Notes under the pieces: model-generated | The model's database searches: none | What the model was told of the DNA's origin: nothing | The model's input: the letters and a program-made list of their open reading frames with translations, nothing else | Assembly (NCBI RefSeq): GCF_009914755.1 | Contig: NC_060925.1 | Strand: one strand, 5' to 3' | Origin: the human T2T-CHM13v2.0 reference genome, Homo sapiens | Length of the DNA stretch: 64,000 nucleotides | Part shown: positions 61,071 through 64,000 of the stretch, in pieces | Layout: each line of letters begins with the position of its first letter | Numbering within the stretch: the stretch's first letter is position 1 | Translations under genes and position numbers: made by a program

Positions 61071-61631
61071 ATCTCTCTGTCTCTCTGTATGTCTCTGTGT
61101 CTGATGCACTGTATCTATCTCTTTCTGTCTTTGTCTCTCCTTGTCTGTATGTCTCTATCTCTGTCTTTGTCCTTTGATCTCTGTCTCTGTCACCCTGTCT
61201 CTGTATGTCTTTTTCTGTCTCTGTCCTTCTGTTTCTGTCTGTCCATCTCTATCTGTGTGTCTCTCTGTCTTTCTGTTTCTCTGTTTCTCCATCTCTGTCT
61301 GTCTCTGTTTCTTTATCTTTGTCTCCGTGTCTATGTCTCTGTCTCTTTCTGTCTCTATCTCTGTTTCAATTTCTCTTTCTCTGTCTCTTTCTGTCTCTGT
61401 TTTTCCATCTCTGTCTCTTTGTCTCTCTCTATCTCTATTTCTCTCTGTCTCTATATTTCTGTCTCTCTGTCTCTGTATCTTTATCTCTGTCTCTCTGTTT
61501 CTCCATCTCTTTCTTTCTGTCTCTGTGTCTCTTTCTTTGTAAGTCTTTCTGTCTCTATCTCTGTCTCTGTGTCTGTCTGTGTCTCTCTGTCTCTGTCTCT
61601 AATGTTTCTATCTGTCTCTCTCTCTGTCTCT
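61071..61631. repeat. (TCTGTC)n pyrimidine-rich tract
   Basis: tctctgtctc repeats. Confidence 0.94.
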
Positions 61632-61650
61632 TCCCTCCACAACCCCACAG

Positions 61651-61753
61651 TCCCACCACGGTTCGTGAACAAGGTCCGGGCCTCACCCTTTGTGGAGGGA
61701 GAGGACGCCCAGTTCACCTGCACCATCGAAGGCGCCCCGTACCCGCAGATCAG
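61651..61753 (+). CDS. OBSCN: OBSCN Ig exon (VPPRFVNKV...YPQI)
   Basis: AG/GT, 103 bp, phase 1-2. Confidence 0.95.
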
Positions 61754-62130
61754 GTGGGGCCCAGGCCTGCCCGGGGATGGGGCATGAGGGGGTCGGCTCC
61801 CACCTGGAGCATGGGGCACGGGCCATGTGTTCCCGTGTCAGGGTGGGCTAGACATGGCCACTGGCCTTCAGCTGAGAATGGGCTTCGTGGGGCTCTGGTT
61901 CATTCTGGATGTGCGGCCCCCCTCAGCCGGGAGGACACGGCCAGGCTCTGTCTTGGCTTCTGGAAGGGTGGGCTCTCTGAGGACCCCTGGGGTCTGAGGG
62001 CAGGGCAACCGGGTCGTGAGCACAGGTAGCACAGCTGGGCGTGGCCCTGAGATAGGACATAGGAGGATGTCGCCGGTGGGGTAGAGCATGGCCCAAGTCC
62101 TGCCTCACGTGCCCTCCGGGTGGATTCCAG

Positions 62131-62260
62131 GTGGTACAAGGACGGGGCCCTGCTGACCACTGGCAACAAGTTCCAGACACTGAGTGAGCCTCGCAGCGGC
62201 CTGCTAGTGCTGGTGATCCGGGCGGCCAGCAAGGAGGACCTGGGGCTCTACGAGTGTGAG
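62131..62260 (+). CDS. OBSCN: OBSCN Ig exon (RWYKDGALL...LYECE)
   Basis: AG/GT, 130 bp, phase 2-0. Confidence 0.95.
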
Positions 62261-62427
62261 GTGAGGAGTGCAGGAGTGGGGACCGGCCTCGGGACCCAGG
62301 CCATCCTTGCTGGCCATCCTCTGGGGTCTGATTGTGGAGGGGCTTAAGAGCCCGGTCCCTGTCCTCAAGGTAGGGGGCTCTCGGCAGAGGCCAGGGGACA
62401 CCATACCCACTGCTACACCCTTGATGA

Positions 62428-62533
62428 CAGGCCAGAGGCCACCATGCCACTGTCACCCCCCCATCACAGGCCGGGGGCCACCAGGCCACTGTCACCCCCC
62501 ATCACAGGCCGGGGGCCACCATGCCACTGTCAC
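62428..62533. repeat. About 38-39-bp tandem repeat, about 2.7 copies
   Basis: Unit acaggccgggggccaccatgccactgtcaccccccatc. Confidence 0.85.
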
Positions 62534-63177
62534 TGTCATCCCTGGCCACACCACTGCCCCATGCCCTGGCCTCATTCTTCCTCTGCCTCTAAGCCTCTTC
62601 TCTGCTCCCATGTCAATCTGGATGCCTTCCTTGACTTCCCTGGCCATTTCAAGGATGCCGCTTGGTTTTTGCCTTTGGGGGACCCGGCTGGCCTCATGAA
62701 TTTTGTCATTCGTGTCAAATGGAGTGTCAGTCATCCAGTGTAGCCCGGCCCTGCTCAGGTACCTTTTACCTGTGGAGACATCCAGCCTACGGGTGGACAG
62801 AGCTGCCTTCTGCTCCAGCCACTGTGTCTGCAGGGCCGGGGCAAGGGCTCCTCAGGGTGGGGCCCAGGCCCAGTTCCAGTCCTCCGGTCCTTCAAAGCCT
62901 GCAGTGCTCGTGGTGGTCGTGGTGGCTGTGTGCCAACTACGGGTGCCCCAGGCTCCAGGCGCTAGCTTCTGTCCAGTTCCTCCAGGGGCACTTGTCCGGC
63001 CACCACCTCCCGCCGTGTGGCTGCTGCTGTGAGCCTGTGGGGAGCCTGCCCCACACCACTCTGGCTGGAGAAGCCAGAGACCCAAGTGAGCTCTTGATTT
63101 GCACTGTCTGATACCATCACTAGCCACACACGGGGATTTAAATTTAAATTTAAGTCAACTAAAGTTAAATCCAAAGC

Positions 63178-63494
<317 letters not shown>

Positions 63495-63760
63495 TTAAAG
63501 ATTCAGTTCCCTGGCTGCTCTGGCCCCATGTCCCATGCTCAGAGCCGCACGTGGACAGGGCAGATGGAGAGCATCCTCATCACTGCAGGGGGCCCTAAGG
63601 CCGTGTGGGTCCCCCAGGGATGCTGTGGCGGGGCTGGGGCCCTTCCCCTTGTGGGAGACACACCAGGATGGGGGCTGCCCGTGCTCCCAACATGGCCACA
63701 GGGAGAGGGCCCTACCCGTGGGGAGCCTTGGGCTCTGAGCCGGCCCTGCCGTCCTTGCAG

Positions 63761-63872
63761 CTGGTGAACCGGCTGGGCTCCGCGCGGGCTAGTGCGGAGC
63801 TGCGCATTCAGAGCCCCATGCTGCAGGCCCAGGAGCAGTGTCACAGGGAGCAGCTCGTGGCTGCAGTGGAAG
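63761..63872 (+). CDS. OBSCN: OBSCN exon (LVNRLGSARASAELRIQ...LVAAVE), last exon shared by obscurin A and B
   Basis: AG/GT, 112 bp; the A/B branch assignment is from recall of the isoforms. Confidence 0.93.
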
Positions 63873-64000
63873 GTAAGTCCCACCCCTGTCCTCGCCACCA
63901 AGGCGGCTCCCCACGGCCCAGACCCAGGCTGGACCCTCACAGGCCTGGCCGTGTCCAGGAGGACAAGACTCTCACCCTTCCCAGTCAGGGTCTGCTGCCT

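Noticed and set aside
61020-62029. Hydrophobic Ser/Leu/Cys ORFs of 255-274 aa
   Set aside because: CT-rich repeat reading into a real exon

Overview
Human/primate genomic DNA from inside the obscurin gene (OBSCN, + strand); neither end of the gene is in the window. I traced 49 AG/GT-bounded coding exons (2700-63872) that join in one frame (10,446 nt, about 3,482 codons, phase 1 at both ends). In order they encode: 11 near-identical 264-bp Ig exons, further Ig domains including the titin-binding Ig58/Ig59 pair, an Fn3 domain, an IQ motif, more Ig domains, the SH3-DH(RhoGEF)-PH cassette and two more Ig domains, ending where obscurin A and B diverge. Introns hold Alu, L1, MIR, MER8, MLT1 and other LTR elements and long CCAT, CA, GA and CT low-complexity tracts. 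Nearly all other ORFs in the track are spurious. I found no new gene system. The most interesting structure is the internal history of the Ig exon array: three exon/intron types in a fixed order, a multi-kb duplication datable by a shared MLT1 element, a dead pseudoexon, five half-exon relics (two with intact AG) and signs of gene conversion. One frame-preserving exon is also flanked by complementary GA and CT tracts. Repeat family names and boundaries were assigned by eye and are approximate.
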